Assembly (NCBI GenBank): GCA_021736945.1
Contig: JAIPEX010000001.1
Span: 4,864-68,863 of the forward strand
Reading direction: 5' to 3'
DNA length: 64,000 bases
Origin: Halanaerobiales bacterium
GTDB taxonomy: Bacteria; Bacillota; Halanaerobiia; Halanaerobiales; M55B127
Position 1 is the stretch's first letter, and each line of letters opens with the position of its first letter. The notes below the pieces were generated by a model. That model was given only the letters and a program-made list of their open reading frames with translations, searched no databases and was not told the DNA's origin. A program made the translations under genes and the position numbers. Positions 35,013-45,575 of the stretch are shown piece after piece.

Positions 35013-36276
35013 AAGTATTTTCTAAATAATTATATACTTCCGCTTTTCCTTTTAATAAACCTAACGCTCTCTTTCTTCTAATTATTTCCAGAATGTCACC
35101 TATTATTTTACTTTCTTTTAAATCAAGTATTTCTTTTATCTTTTCCCCATCAATTACTTTGGGAGTGGTTCTTTTTTTCATTAATTTTAACTTTTCAACA
35201 ATATAAATTAACTTTTCTTTAATACCTTCATTTATCTCTGTACTTTCAAAATAACTTAGTAATAAAAATTTAATATCACCTGGATATATATTTTTAACAA
35301 ATAAATCTTGATAAATTAATTGGTCCTGTTTTTTATACAAAACCATATTTTTTAATATCATTTTACAGGACCAGAGATGGTCCTTTAAAATTTTTACGTC
35401 TTTTTTACTGAAAGTATAATTAAGAAATATTTTCTCCACTTCATCGATCGAAACTTCATTTTTTATGACTGGAAGCAAGAACAATTGTAATAAATTAAAA
35501 TGATATTTTTTTATTTTGCAATTTTGCAGAATTTGTTTATTAAAAATATAATCATTTTGTTTAAGTAAAATTTTTCTCTGACTATTTTTTTCATATGTAT
35601 TAATATTAAACAAATATCTCATTAACTTGCTTTTTAAAAATTTATTTAATACCTTCTTTTTTAACTTATTATCCAATAATTTTATTAATTCCTCTTTTAT
35701 TCTTTCATTTTTTATAGATTTTATCAACTTTAAATTGTCATTAATTATCTCAAATGTTTTTGTTTCGATATTAAAGTCAAGATTATTTGAAAATCTATAT
35801 GCCCTTAAAATTCTAATTGGGTCTCTTTCTATAAAATTACTGTTTACCATTTTTAAAACTTTGTTTTCTATGTCATCAATGCCCCCAAAAGGATCTATCA
35901 TATTTTCTTTTTTTAACCTATATTCATTATTTTTTTGAGATAAATCTGTCAGCTTAACTGCAATAGAATTACAAGTAAAATCCCTGCGGCCAAGATCTTG
36001 AAGGAGATCCTGGCCTACAGGGTTAGAAAAATCTACACAAATATTTTCCTCAGGTACTACCCGATAAACTCCACGTACTTCATCCAAAACAATCTTCTTT
36101 TTGTTTATATTTTTTGAAAATTCTTCAACAATGGACTTCATATCTGACATAACTAATAAATCAATATCATTGACTTCATTACCCATTAAATAATCTCTGA
36201 TAAATCCTCCAACTATATATACTGTATATTGTTGTGAGATATCTTTTAATATAGAAAGATAATTCATAAAGTCCAC
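34990..36276 (-). CDS. cca: CCA-adding enzyme / poly(A) polymerase family tRNA nucleotidyltransferase
   Basis: 428 aa. The head-domain motifs are YIVGGFIRDYLMG..NDIDLLV and RRDFTCNSIA. Whether it adds CCA, CC or A cannot be decided from the sequence. Confidence 0.75.
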   Translation of the reverse strand: MDFMNYLSILKDISQQYTVYIVGGFIRDYLMGNEVNDIDLLVMSDMKSIVEEFSKNINKKKIVLDEVRGVYRVVPEENICVDFSNPVGQDLLQDLGRRDFTCNSIAVKLTDLSQKNNEYRLKKENMIDPFGGIDDIENKVLKMVNSNFIERDPIRILRAYRFSNNLDFNIETKTFEIINDNLKLIKSIKNERIKEELIKLLDNKLKKKVLNKFLKSKLMRYLFNINTYEKNSQRKILLKQNDYIFNKQILQNCKIKKYHFNLLQLFLLPVIKNEVSIDEVEKIFLNYTFSKKDVKILKDHLWSCKMILKNMVLYKKQDQLIYQDLFVKNIYPGDIKFLLLSYFESTEINEGIKEKLIYIVEKLKLMKKRTTPKVIDGEKIKEILDLKESKIIGDILEIIRRKRALGLLKGKAEVYNYLENTFNKNNKS

Positions 36277-36283
36277 CTTTTTA

Positions 36284-38254
36284 TTAATCAGTTAATTTAG
36301 AAACTATCTTATCAGCATCAAATCCGAAATGAGAAGCTACTTCATCACCAGGAGCACTTGCACCAAATTCTTCTTGACTTATTACAATATCATCTTTAGA
36401 TAAAAATCGATACCAACCATTTCCTACACCGGCTTCTATAGCTACAACTTTTTCACTAGGATTTCCAATAAGTTCATTGATATGATTTTGTCCTTGTTCT
36501 ATTAATATACTTCTTTCTGGTACTGATACTATGCGGCTATAAATATCCTTTTCTTCTAGTTTATCAGCTACTTCTTCAGCTAAAGAAACTTCACTTCCAC
36601 TTGCCAAAAATGTATACTTATAATTATCTTTTCCGCTTCTTATTAAATAACCACCTTGATCAAAGTCACTTATTCCATTTTCTTTTCTAACAGCTGGTAA
36701 ACTCTGTCTAGTAAGAACTAAAGCAGTTGGGCCATCTGTTCTATTTATAGCAGCTATCCAAGCTTCCTTTGTTTCTTCAGCATCGGCCGGTCTATATACT
36801 TTTAAATTTGGTATAGACCTAATTGCTTCTAATTGCTCAACAGGTTGATGGGTTGGACCATCTTCACCTATATGGATTGAATCATGGGTAAACACATAAA
36901 TAACAGGTTGTTTCATTAAAGCAGCTAATCTTATAGCTGGTCTCATATAATCGGAGAAAACCAAAAATGTAGCTGCAAAAGGTCTCACTCCACCATGTAA
37001 AGACATCCCATTTACTATTCCACCCATGGCATGTTCTCTTACTCCAAATCTGAAATTTCGTCCCTCATAATTGTTTCTCTGAAAATCCTCATATTTATCT
37101 AGATAAGTTTTATTAGAAGGTGCAAGATCAGCTGATCCTCCAATTAAATAGTCCATTTTATCAGCAATAGTTCTTATTGCTGCTCCAGAAGCTTTACGAG
37201 TAGCAATTGGAGTATCTATCTTTAAATTTCGCACTTTATCTTCTAGACCATCCTCAACTTCTAAATTAAATGCTTTCTTCCATTCTTGATAAAGATCTGG
37301 GTATTTTGCTTTCCACTCTTCAAATTTTTCATCCCATTTTTCTTTATTTTGTTTTAAGATGTCTTTTCTATCTTCAAAATAATCTTTCACATTATCAGAA
37401 ATATAAAATTCTTGATTAACTGGTAAACCAAAAAATTCCTTTAAGCCTTTAATATCTTCTTCTCCTAAGGGAGCTCCGTGTGCATCACTTGTGTCTTGTT
37501 TATTTGGAGCACCATAAGCTATATGAGTATTTGCAACGATAAGTGATGGTTTGGTAGGCTCTGATTTAGCCTTCATGATTGCTTTTCTTAAATCATTAAT
37601 ATCATGTCCATCCACATCATCTATTACATGCCAATCATATGCTTTAAACCTTTCCGGAACTGATTCAGTAAAAGTTAAGTCTGTAGAACCCTCTATAGAA
37701 ATATTATTATTATCATAAATTGCAATTAGTTTTCCCAAACCTAAATGTCCAGCTAAAGATGCAGCTTCAGAACTAATACCTTCCATCATGCAACCATCAC
37801 CCATAATAGTATAAGTGTAATGGTCTACAATTTTTAAGTCCTCTTTATTAAATTTATTAGCAAGATGTCTTTCAGTTATAGCCATTCCAACAGCATTTGC
37901 AATACCTTGACCAAGTGGACCGGTTGTAGTTTCTACTCCTTCGGTCTCAGAAAATTCAGGATGTCCTGGTGTTTCCGAACCTAATTGTCTAAAGTTTTTC
38001 AGTTCTTCTAAACTTAAATCATAACCACTTAAATGTAACAATGAATATAATAGCATTGATCCATGACCTGCTGATAACACAAAGCGATCTCGGTCAGGCC
38101 ATTTAGGACTTGTTGGATCATGTTTTAATACCTCTCCATAAAGTAAGGATCCAATTTCGGCACACCCTACCGGCATTCCGGGGTGACCAGAACCCGCTCT
38201 TTCCACAGCATCAACAGATAAACCTCTTACTATATTTGCAACTTCTTTAAGCAC
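36284..38254 (-). CDS. tkt: transketolase
   Basis: Motifs are SGHPGMPVG, LSAGHGSMLLY, GPLGQGIANAVG and GEDGPTHQP. The start is set at the GTG at 38254 (AGGAGG 7 nt upstream) rather than the track ATG at 38281. Confidence 0.93.
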   Translation of the reverse strand: MLKEVANIVRGLSVDAVERAGSGHPGMPVGCAEIGSLLYGEVLKHDPTSPKWPDRDRFVLSAGHGSMLLYSLLHLSGYDLSLEELKNFRQLGSETPGHPEFSETEGVETTTGPLGQGIANAVGMAITERHLANKFNKEDLKIVDHYTYTIMGDGCMMEGISSEAASLAGHLGLGKLIAIYDNNNISIEGSTDLTFTESVPERFKAYDWHVIDDVDGHDINDLRKAIMKAKSEPTKPSLIVANTHIAYGAPNKQDTSDAHGAPLGEEDIKGLKEFFGLPVNQEFYISDNVKDYFEDRKDILKQNKEKWDEKFEEWKAKYPDLYQEWKKAFNLEVEDGLEDKVRNLKIDTPIATRKASGAAIRTIADKMDYLIGGSADLAPSNKTYLDKYEDFQRNNYEGRNFRFGVREHAMGGIVNGMSLHGGVRPFAATFLVFSDYMRPAIRLAALMKQPVIYVFTHDSIHIGEDGPTHQPVEQLEAIRSIPNLKVYRPADAEETKEAWIAAINRTDGPTALVLTRQSLPAVRKENGISDFDQGGYLIRSGKDNYKYTFLASGSEVSLAEEVADKLEEKDIYSRIVSVPERSILIEQGQNHINELIGNPSEKVVAIEAGVGNGWYRFLSKDDIVISQEEFGASAPGDEVASHFGFDADKIVSKLTD

Positions 38255-38307
38255 TGTAAAACCTCCTATTGTAATAATCAATATAATATTTTAATTCTCA
38301 GAGGGAA

Positions 38308-39177
38308 TTAAATCTCATAGCTCTTCCCGCTAATTGGTAAATTCAAATTAGCTAAAACTCTTTCTATTAAAACTCCCTCTCTTTCAGGAAAATCATATCC
38401 ATAAGTTGTTCTAACTGCCATTGAAATAAATTGAACTGCTCGATCAATAGCCATCGGAAGGCTATCACCAGTTAATAAACTCCCTACTAAAATACTGGTA
38501 AATAAATCGCCTGTCCCAGGGAAATTTGCTGGTACGTAATCACAATCTACCTTCCAAAAACGATTATCTTTCTTTTGATAGGATAAGACTGAAGTTCTTT
38601 CTTTATTCTTATACCCAGGAACACTTGTAATCACAACCATTTCTGGTCCAAAAGAAGATAATTCTTTTAACCACTCTTTGGCAGTTTCGTCACTTTTGAT
38701 AATATTTTCCTCTTTATCCAACAAAAATTTTGCTTCCGTAATATTGGGAGTAATAATATCGGCATTTTTAACCAATTTACGCATCTTTTTTACCATTTCT
38801 GTTCCAAAAGTATCATACGTCTTCCCATTATCTCCTAAGACTGGGTCTATAATAACATATTGCTCTTCTCTTTTAAATCTTTTTATGAAATCTATAACAA
38901 TTTCTATTTGCTTTTTTGAACCTAAAAATCCGCTATAAATAGCTTCAAAATCAATATTTAACTTATCCCAATGATTAATATATTCAGGTAATTCATCAGT
39001 TAAATCAATAAATTTATAATCCTCAAAACCACCAGTATGAGTTGACAAAACAGCAGTTGGTATAGGACAAGGCTGAATTCCCATCGTAGCTAATACTTCA
39101 ATTACAGTAGTTAAAGAACCTCTACCGTAACCAGATATATCATGTATTGCTGCAACTTTAGGTACTGGATTTCTCAA
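38308..39177 (-). CDS. pdxK: pyridoxal/pyridoxamine kinase (ribokinase superfamily)
   Basis: 289 aa. It has VAAIHDISGYGRGSLT and a C-terminal GTGDLFTS anion-hole motif. The start is TTG. Confidence 0.8.
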   Translation of the reverse strand: MRNPVPKVAAIHDISGYGRGSLTTVIEVLATMGIQPCPIPTAVLSTHTGGFEDYKFIDLTDELPEYINHWDKLNIDFEAIYSGFLGSKKQIEIVIDFIKRFKREEQYVIIDPVLGDNGKTYDTFGTEMVKKMRKLVKNADIITPNITEAKFLLDKEENIIKSDETAKEWLKELSSFGPEMVVITSVPGYKNKERTSVLSYQKKDNRFWKVDCDYVPANFPGTGDLFTSILVGSLLTGDSLPMAIDRAVQFISMAVRTTYGYDFPEREGVLIERVLANLNLPISGKSYEI

Positions 39178-39191
39178 TTTATTGCCCCCCT

Positions 39192-40436
39192 TTAACCGAT
39201 TGTACTACCGCTTTCTATATTTTTATCTTCAAAATCTTTTGGTCTAGCATAAGACATCACCCTACAATTTCTACCAATCTGTACATTGTTAGGAATAACC
39301 GCCCTTTTTGCAATTATATTAAGTCCGTTAAATAATAAATCAGGCTCTTCTTGATTCGGGGTTAAATCATCACCAAAACCAATATGACAATTTGCTCCTA
39401 TTTCCACTTCTTTATCTATTATAGCTTTATCTATAATAGAATTCTTACGAATAACAGTATTATTAAAAATAACAGAATCTCTAACTACTACATTCTCCTC
39501 GATATATACACCTGGAGAAATAACTGAGTTTTCAACTGTACCATTTATAATAGCTCCATTTGATAATAAACTATTACTTGTTTTACTATTTGGACCAAAC
39601 TTTACAGGAGGATTTTCAACACTTTTAGTGTGAATTCTCCAACCTTCTTCATATAAGTTTAATTCCGGCATCGCATCAGTTAAAGATAAATTGGTTTCCC
39701 AAAATGATTCCAAGGTTCCTACATCTCTCCAATACCCCTCATATTCATAAGCATAAACATCATTATTATCAATCATAGGGGGTAAAACATGATGTCCAAA
39801 ATCTGACTTTTCAGCACTGCAATATTTTTCTAAAGCTTTAATCAATACATCAGTTGTAAAAACATATATTCCCATGGAGGCCAAATTATCAGGAGGATTA
39901 TCTGGCTTTTCTAGAAAATCTATGATTCTACCAGTTTTATCTGTATTTAAAATACCAAATCTACTTGCATCTTTTTGTGGTACCCTTTGAGCTGCAATGG
40001 TTAAATCAGCATTGCGGTCAATATGTTCTTCTACCATTTTATCATAGTTCATCTTATATAGATGATCTCCTGATAATATTAATACATATTCAGGGTTCTG
40101 GCTTCTTAAATAACTTAAATTTTGTAATACTGCGTGGGCTGTTCCTTTGTACCATCCACCTTCTTTTCCTGTATAGGGTTGGAGAATAGTAATCCCACCA
40201 TATTTACGGTCTAAATCCCATGGTTTACCAATCCCTATATGATCATTTAAAGAAAGTGGTAAATATTGGGTTAAAACACCAACGTTGAATATTCCTGAAT
40301 TAACACAGTTACTTAAGGCAAAATCAATTAATCTATATTTCCCTGCAAAAGGTACACTGGGCTTAGCCCTATGTTCAGATAATATATCTAACCTACTACC
40401 TCTACCTCCTGCAAGAATTAAAGCAAGTGTTTTCAA
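39192..40436 (-). CDS. glgC: glucose-1-phosphate adenylyltransferase
   Basis: 414 aa. It has LILAGGRGSRL, RAKPSVPFAGKYRLIDFALSNC and a C-terminal left-handed beta-helix. The start is TTG. Confidence 0.92.
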   Translation of the reverse strand: MKTLALILAGGRGSRLDILSEHRAKPSVPFAGKYRLIDFALSNCVNSGIFNVGVLTQYLPLSLNDHIGIGKPWDLDRKYGGITILQPYTGKEGGWYKGTAHAVLQNLSYLRSQNPEYVLILSGDHLYKMNYDKMVEEHIDRNADLTIAAQRVPQKDASRFGILNTDKTGRIIDFLEKPDNPPDNLASMGIYVFTTDVLIKALEKYCSAEKSDFGHHVLPPMIDNNDVYAYEYEGYWRDVGTLESFWETNLSLTDAMPELNLYEEGWRIHTKSVENPPVKFGPNSKTSNSLLSNGAIINGTVENSVISPGVYIEENVVVRDSVIFNNTVIRKNSIIDKAIIDKEVEIGANCHIGFGDDLTPNQEEPDLLFNGLNIIAKRAVIPNNVQIGRNCRVMSYARPKDFEDKNIESGSTIG

Positions 40437-40493
40437 TTTATATTCCCCCCTGAATTATATGATATATTTTGCTGTCTTCTTTTCTTCCTTATA

Positions 40494-40522
40494 ATTTTAT
40501 ATTTTCTACAACAACCGTTCAA
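40494..40522 (-). promoter_or_regulatory. promoter candidate for glgC-pdxK-tkt-cca
   Basis: The minus strand reads TTGAAC - 17 nt - TAAAAT. Confidence 0.35.
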
Positions 40523-40623
40523 ATCCTTTATTAAATAAAGCAAGAGCTTATTTCTGTTTATAAACTTCTCTTTTTATATAATTAATATTTTAAACAATAT
40601 TTTTAATTTTTTTAATATATTTC

Positions 40624-40652
40624 TTGACATATTTAATAATATTGAGTATAAT
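40624..40652 (+). promoter_or_regulatory. perfect-consensus sigma-70 promoter for the MFS gene
   Basis: The plus strand reads TTGACA - 17 nt - TATAAT, 33 nt upstream of the GTG start. RBS AGGAGGAGGA follows. Confidence 0.6.
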
Positions 40653-40685
40653 TATCATAGAATTTAATTAGGAGGAGGAACAAAT

Positions 40686-41999
40686 GTGAAAAAATCTAAT
40701 ATAAAACTGTTTCATAATAAAGACTTTTTATTATTGTTTTTAGGTGGATTTGTATCTAGAATTGGGAACGGTATTCATTACATAGCTTTAATATGGTTTG
40801 TGCTTGATATAACCGGTAGCGGGTCCGCAACCGGATTAGTCCTTCTCCTTTCAACATTGCCCGGTGTTATTTTTGGGCCTCTAAGTGGGGTTGTGGCTGA
40901 TAAATTTGATCGCAAAAAACTAATTATTACAATGGATATATTAAGAGGATTAGTTGTTTTATGGTTGGGATACACTATACACATAGGAGTTGCAAATTTC
41001 TTTCACATAAGTATAGCTACAATTTTGATTGCAATTTGTACTTCTCTTTTTAATCCTGCTCTTACAGCTTCAATACCAAATATTGTTGATGATAGTTTAT
41101 TACAAAAAGCCAATTCATTAAATCATTTTAGTACCAATTTTACTCAAATAATTGGAGCAGCAGTTGGTGGTATTTTAATAGGTGTTTATGGAATTTCAGG
41201 CGTTTTTTTCATAAATGGTATTTCGTTTTTAATTTCTGCTTTTTCAGAGTTATTTATACATATTCCAAAAATTAAAATAGAAAACGAAATGGAAAAAAGC
41301 CCAACTATTCTAAATGAAATAAAGTTTGGACTTGATTTTCTATGGGGAAAAAAAGAAATTGTTGCCCTTTTTTCCATAGCTATCTTTTTAAATTTTCTTT
41401 TTACTGGCTTAATGATGTTAGGAATACCCTATATATTTAAAGAATTACTGGCTGTTAACAGTAGATTGTACGGTTTTGCTCAGTCTATATTTCCTGCTGG
41501 TGCTGTAATTGGTTCCATAATTTTAAGTCAAATACCTGAAATTAAAAATTATTATAAAGTTTTATTTTATTCTTTAAATATACAAAGTTTATTATTACTT
41601 GGAATGGGGTTACCTTTAATACCATATTTTTTAATAAATACTGCTACAATGAAAATTTATTATTTAATACTTGTAGTACTATTTATAATTGGGATCTTTA
41701 ATGCAATTGTGAATGTACCTATTAATATATTACTACAAAGATTAATACCCGATAATCTTCGTGGAAGAATTAACGGATTATTATCTACTATGTCACAAGC
41801 ACTGGTTCCAATTTCAGTGGCATTGACCGGATATCTACTTGATATACTCCCGGTATTCAGCCTTTTTATAGGAGGTGGGTTCCTGGCATTAATCTTAACA
41901 TTATATATTGCAAAGCTACCAGCTATGCGTAAATTAGATTATTCTAAAAAAGATACTTCCAAACAGTTGAATCTTTCTACAAGTACACTTGATGCATAA
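40686..41999 (+). CDS. MFS transporter (12-TM, EntS/MFS_3-like)
   Basis: 437 aa, highly hydrophobic, with GPLSGVVADKFDRKK (an MFS loop 2-3 type motif). The start is GTG. Confidence 0.8.
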   Translation: MKKSNIKLFHNKDFLLLFLGGFVSRIGNGIHYIALIWFVLDITGSGSATGLVLLLSTLPGVIFGPLSGVVADKFDRKKLIITMDILRGLVVLWLGYTIHIGVANFFHISIATILIAICTSLFNPALTASIPNIVDDSLLQKANSLNHFSTNFTQIIGAAVGGILIGVYGISGVFFINGISFLISAFSELFIHIPKIKIENEMEKSPTILNEIKFGLDFLWGKKEIVALFSIAIFLNFLFTGLMMLGIPYIFKELLAVNSRLYGFAQSIFPAGAVIGSIILSQIPEIKNYYKVLFYSLNIQSLLLLGMGLPLIPYFLINTATMKIYYLILVVLFIIGIFNAIVNVPINILLQRLIPDNLRGRINGLLSTMSQALVPISVALTGYLLDILPVFSLFIGGGFLALILTLYIAKLPAMRKLDYSKKDTSKQLNLSTSTLDA

Positions 42000-43020
42000 A
42001 AACATTCTGCATAAAAAACAAAGCAATATATGAAATTATTAAGGCCAGTACCGGAGTTAATATCCACCCCATACCAATTTTACCTAACAACTTATAATTT
42101 ACGTTCCTCCCTCCTTTTGCCAAACCTACCCCCATCACAGCTCCGACAACAGCTTGTGATCCGGAAACGGGCACCAAGGGAAAGGTTGGCAAACCAAGGG
42201 TTAATAAAATAGACTGTAGTCCTTCTGAAGCAAACACAAATAAGACTGCAGAACTGGAAAGAACTACAATGAGAGAGGCCACCGGGGAAATTTTAAAGAT
42301 GCTTTTTCCTACGGTGGTCATCACTCTTTTTGAATAGGTAAAAACACCTACTGAAATTGCTATCCCTCCCAGCAAAAACAAGACTTGTGTATTAGATAAT
42401 GTTATAAACCCCATCTTTAGACTTCCAAATGTAGATGTTTTAGTAAAAACTCCCATAACATTCGCTATATTGTTAGCACCTAAACTATATGCTCCAAAAG
42501 CTCCTACCAAAATAAGACCTAGACGAGTATACATATCTACTTTAATTAAATGGATTTTAAAATTATTAATTATATACTGAGCTATTTTGAAAAAAATTAT
42601 AGCAAAAATTGCTGATAATATGGGTGAAAATACCCAGGTTCCTACTATTTTTGATAATACTTCAAGTTGAGTTTCATATCCACTATAAATATTCCAACCT
42701 ATTATGGCTCCTACTATAGATTGAGTAGTAGAAACAGGTAACTCATAACTAGTCATTATATAAACTGTTATTCCGGCTGCTAAGGCAACTATAAAGGCAC
42801 CCGGGAGTGTGTTTACTGCCCCAAGAGTACCTAATGTTTCTGTAGTTCCTGCTCCCCCAACTACTGCCCCAATTATCACAAAAATACTTATTATGATTGC
42901 TGCAGTAGAAAATTTAACCATTTTTGTAGAAACTGCGGTACCAAATAAATTGGCAGCATCATTAGCACCTAAAGACCAACCAAGGAAAAGACCACTGGAT
43001 ATAAAAAGTAAAGCCCCCAT
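41977..43020 (-). CDS. pit: inorganic phosphate transporter, PiT family
   Basis: It has the GANDAAN signature near the N-terminus and a repeated GANNIANV. I prefer the ATG at 43020 (GGAGGA 9 nt upstream) over the track TTG at 43029. Confidence 0.88.
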   Translation of the reverse strand: MGALLFISSGLFLGWSLGANDAANLFGTAVSTKMVKFSTAAIIISIFVIIGAVVGGAGTTETLGTLGAVNTLPGAFIVALAAGITVYIMTSYELPVSTTQSIVGAIIGWNIYSGYETQLEVLSKIVGTWVFSPILSAIFAIIFFKIAQYIINNFKIHLIKVDMYTRLGLILVGAFGAYSLGANNIANVMGVFTKTSTFGSLKMGFITLSNTQVLFLLGGIAISVGVFTYSKRVMTTVGKSIFKISPVASLIVVLSSSAVLFVFASEGLQSILLTLGLPTFPLVPVSGSQAVVGAVMGVGLAKGGRNVNYKLLGKIGMGWILTPVLALIISYIALFFMQNVFMHQVYL

Positions 43021-43050
43021 AATACTCAATCCTCCATTATCTTACTTATT

Positions 43051-43704
43051 CTAAACAGTTCGTTTAATTGCTGCTACTGATAATTCTTCACTTATATCCT
43101 CAGCTAAATCAGAAAAATATGCTAATCTTTCTGCAAAATGCCTTAAGTGTGCTTTTTTACTAAACTCCTCAAATTTATCAGAATTAAAAACTTTTCTCTT
43201 TATTCTTTCCTCAATTTTGTCTGCTTCATGTTCATAAAAGTGTACTTTATTTACGTAATCATTAACCATCGATATTTCTTCAAAATAGGCTCTCATACCT
43301 TTTACAACTTCCTCAGCAGAATTCAATGATTGTTTTGCTAAATCTTTAAACTCAGTTTTCACAAAACTTTTGATTTCTGGTCTTTCAATTGAAAACTGCA
43401 TCAAAACCTTTTTGCATAAATCAACTTCATTATCCAAATTCTCTAATAATGATAAAACATCTCCCCTAGCTTCTGGAAGCAGCATATAAGTATATAATTT
43501 ATATTTGATATCTTTTAAAAGATCATCGGCCTTATTTTCAATATCCAATATATCATCTAAATTATCTTCAAATAAATCAAAATGACCATTAAAATACCTA
43601 TCAATATCTCTTTTAAACAATAAGAAAGCTTCTTCTACAGTGTCTAAATATTCATTTATATCTTTTTCTAACTCCTGGGATTTATTAAACACAAATGTTC
43701 TCAT
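43051..43704 (-). CDS. DUF47/TIGR00153 PhoU-like protein (Pit accessory, YkaA-like)
   Basis: 217 aa helical protein immediately upstream of pit, the same arrangement as B. subtilis ykaA-pit. Confidence 0.75.
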   Translation of the reverse strand: MRTFVFNKSQELEKDINEYLDTVEEAFLLFKRDIDRYFNGHFDLFEDNLDDILDIENKADDLLKDIKYKLYTYMLLPEARGDVLSLLENLDNEVDLCKKVLMQFSIERPEIKSFVKTEFKDLAKQSLNSAEEVVKGMRAYFEEISMVNDYVNKVHFYEHEADKIEERIKRKVFNSDKFEEFSKKAHLRHFAERLAYFSDLAEDISEELSVAAIKRTV

Positions 43705-43708
43705 TAAA

Positions 43709-44665
43709 TTATCCCCCCATTTTTTTTGTTAAATAACCCTCGGGCATATTTATTATTACAATTCCTAAAGAAACTAAAGCTAAAGCTAATACAGCATTAA
43801 TACTTACTGATTCAGTTATTATAAATATTGCAGATAGAAAAACTCCACTTACAGGCACAATGAATTTATAAATAGTAATATAACCCACTTTATTGAATTT
43901 TATCAGACTATACCATAAACCAAATGCGGCAGCAGAGATAAAAGCTAGATATATTAAAAGAAATCCACTTTTTAAGTTAAAATTTATAGTTTCGATACTA
44001 CTTCTACTAATTGCAATTAAAAATAACGTAACAGAACCAAAAAACATTTGATAAGCTGTAATAATCATAATATCCATATTTTTCGATAGGTATTTAACAT
44101 ATAAGATAGCAATTGTGCTCATTACCCCTGTCATTATAATAAAGCCTTCACCAGTTAAATTGAATATAAAATTTAAATTACCTCTGTTTATATTAATAAT
44201 TATAACCCCAGTGATACCTAATAAAAGCCCAAATAATTTAACTTTATTTAATTTGTCATCATGATAAATAAAATGAGACGCTATTACCGTAAAGAAGATA
44301 CCGGAAGTTACTAAAATTGATGCCTTCACACCTGTAGTCTTTGCCAAACCATTATAAAAAAAAGCGTATTGAGCAAAAGTCTGAATCAATCCTAGAGTTA
44401 AAAGGTGAAAATAATCATTTCTTTTTAATTTTAATCTTTTAATACCTGATTTTAGAATAATAAAAATAAATAGCATAAATGAAGCTAACATAAATCTATA
44501 AGATGCAAATAACATCTTAATAAAGGCACCACTATTTTCAATTTCTAATATTGAGTAGCTGACTTTCAAAGAAGGAAACGCACTTCCCCATAATATGCAT
44601 GCTAAAATTGATAAAATAACCACTGTATATTTATTTGTGAAAATATTAAATTTTAATTTATCCAT
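43709..44665 (-). CDS. EamA/DMT family transporter
   Basis: A 10-TM pattern with two EamA halves. I prefer the ATG at 44665 (GAGGAG upstream) over the track start at 44680. Confidence 0.75.
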   Translation of the reverse strand: MDKLKFNIFTNKYTVVILSILACILWGSAFPSLKVSYSILEIENSGAFIKMLFASYRFMLASFMLFIFIILKSGIKRLKLKRNDYFHLLTLGLIQTFAQYAFFYNGLAKTTGVKASILVTSGIFFTVIASHFIYHDDKLNKVKLFGLLLGITGVIIININRGNLNFIFNLTGEGFIIMTGVMSTIAILYVKYLSKNMDIMIITAYQMFFGSVTLFLIAISRSSIETINFNLKSGFLLIYLAFISAAAFGLWYSLIKFNKVGYITIYKFIVPVSGVFLSAIFIITESVSINAVLALALVSLGIVIINMPEGYLTKKMGG

Positions 44666-45563
44666 TATATATCTCCTCACTGGAACTCTTTCTATTTTTT
44701 CGGTTTGTATTTATTGCTCTAAATATTCCATATAATATTAAAACCCCACCAGCTATTGTAGCACCAGTTAAAGATTCTTTTAAAATAATCAAAGCTAAAA
44801 TTGTTGTTATAATCGGTTCTCCTAAAATTGCTAAAGAGACAATTGTAGCAGGTACATAACGAATTGATAAATTCAAAACAGAATGACCAATCAAAGTCGG
44901 ACCTAATGCTAAAAGAATTATATAAAAATAATTCATATTACTATATCCAGTAAATGAACCACCTGAAATTAAAACAAATATAAATAGAAAGAAGGCACAA
45001 TATGTATATACTATATAGATATATGGTATATATTTTATTTTTTTACGAAAACTTCTCCCTAAAAAGAGATAACAAGCTGCTAAAAAAGCTGCTAAAATTG
45101 CTAACATATCTCCATAAAATCTTGTCAAAATGATATGAAAATCTGAATAACTTATGATTATGCTCCCTAATAATGCAAAACCTACTCCTGCAATAGCACC
45201 CTTTCGAATATCCTCTTTCGCAAACAAATATTCCATTAAAAGAGTGAATAACGGTTGAATTGCTATAAATATTACAGCATTAGCAACATTTGTTAATTGA
45301 ACAGCAGATATCCATGCATAAAAATGTAAAGCAAGTAAAAAGCCCACTAATGCTGGACGGATATCCAAAAAGTATTTTAATGAATTACTATATTTGTAGA
45401 AAAAATAAGGAGTCAAAAATAACATAGTTAAAAACACTCTATAAAACGCAATAACCAAGGCAGGAGCTGTAATAACTTTTATAATAATACCAGAAAAAGA
45501 TATTATAAAAACTCCTATTGCAAGTATAATATATATTTTTAAATCATTTTCACTTAATTTCAT
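44658..45563 (-). CDS. EamA/DMT family transporter
   Basis: 301 aa with a 10-TM pattern and two EamA halves. Confidence 0.75.
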   Translation of the reverse strand: MKLSENDLKIYIILAIGVFIISFSGIIIKVITAPALVIAFYRVFLTMLFLTPYFFYKYSNSLKYFLDIRPALVGFLLALHFYAWISAVQLTNVANAVIFIAIQPLFTLLMEYLFAKEDIRKGAIAGVGFALLGSIIISYSDFHIILTRFYGDMLAILAAFLAACYLFLGRSFRKKIKYIPYIYIVYTYCAFFLFIFVLISGGSFTGYSNMNYFYIILLALGPTLIGHSVLNLSIRYVPATIVSLAILGEPIITTILALIILKESLTGATIAGGVLILYGIFRAINTNRKNRKSSSEEIYNG

Positions 45564-45575
45564 ATGGCTTTACTC

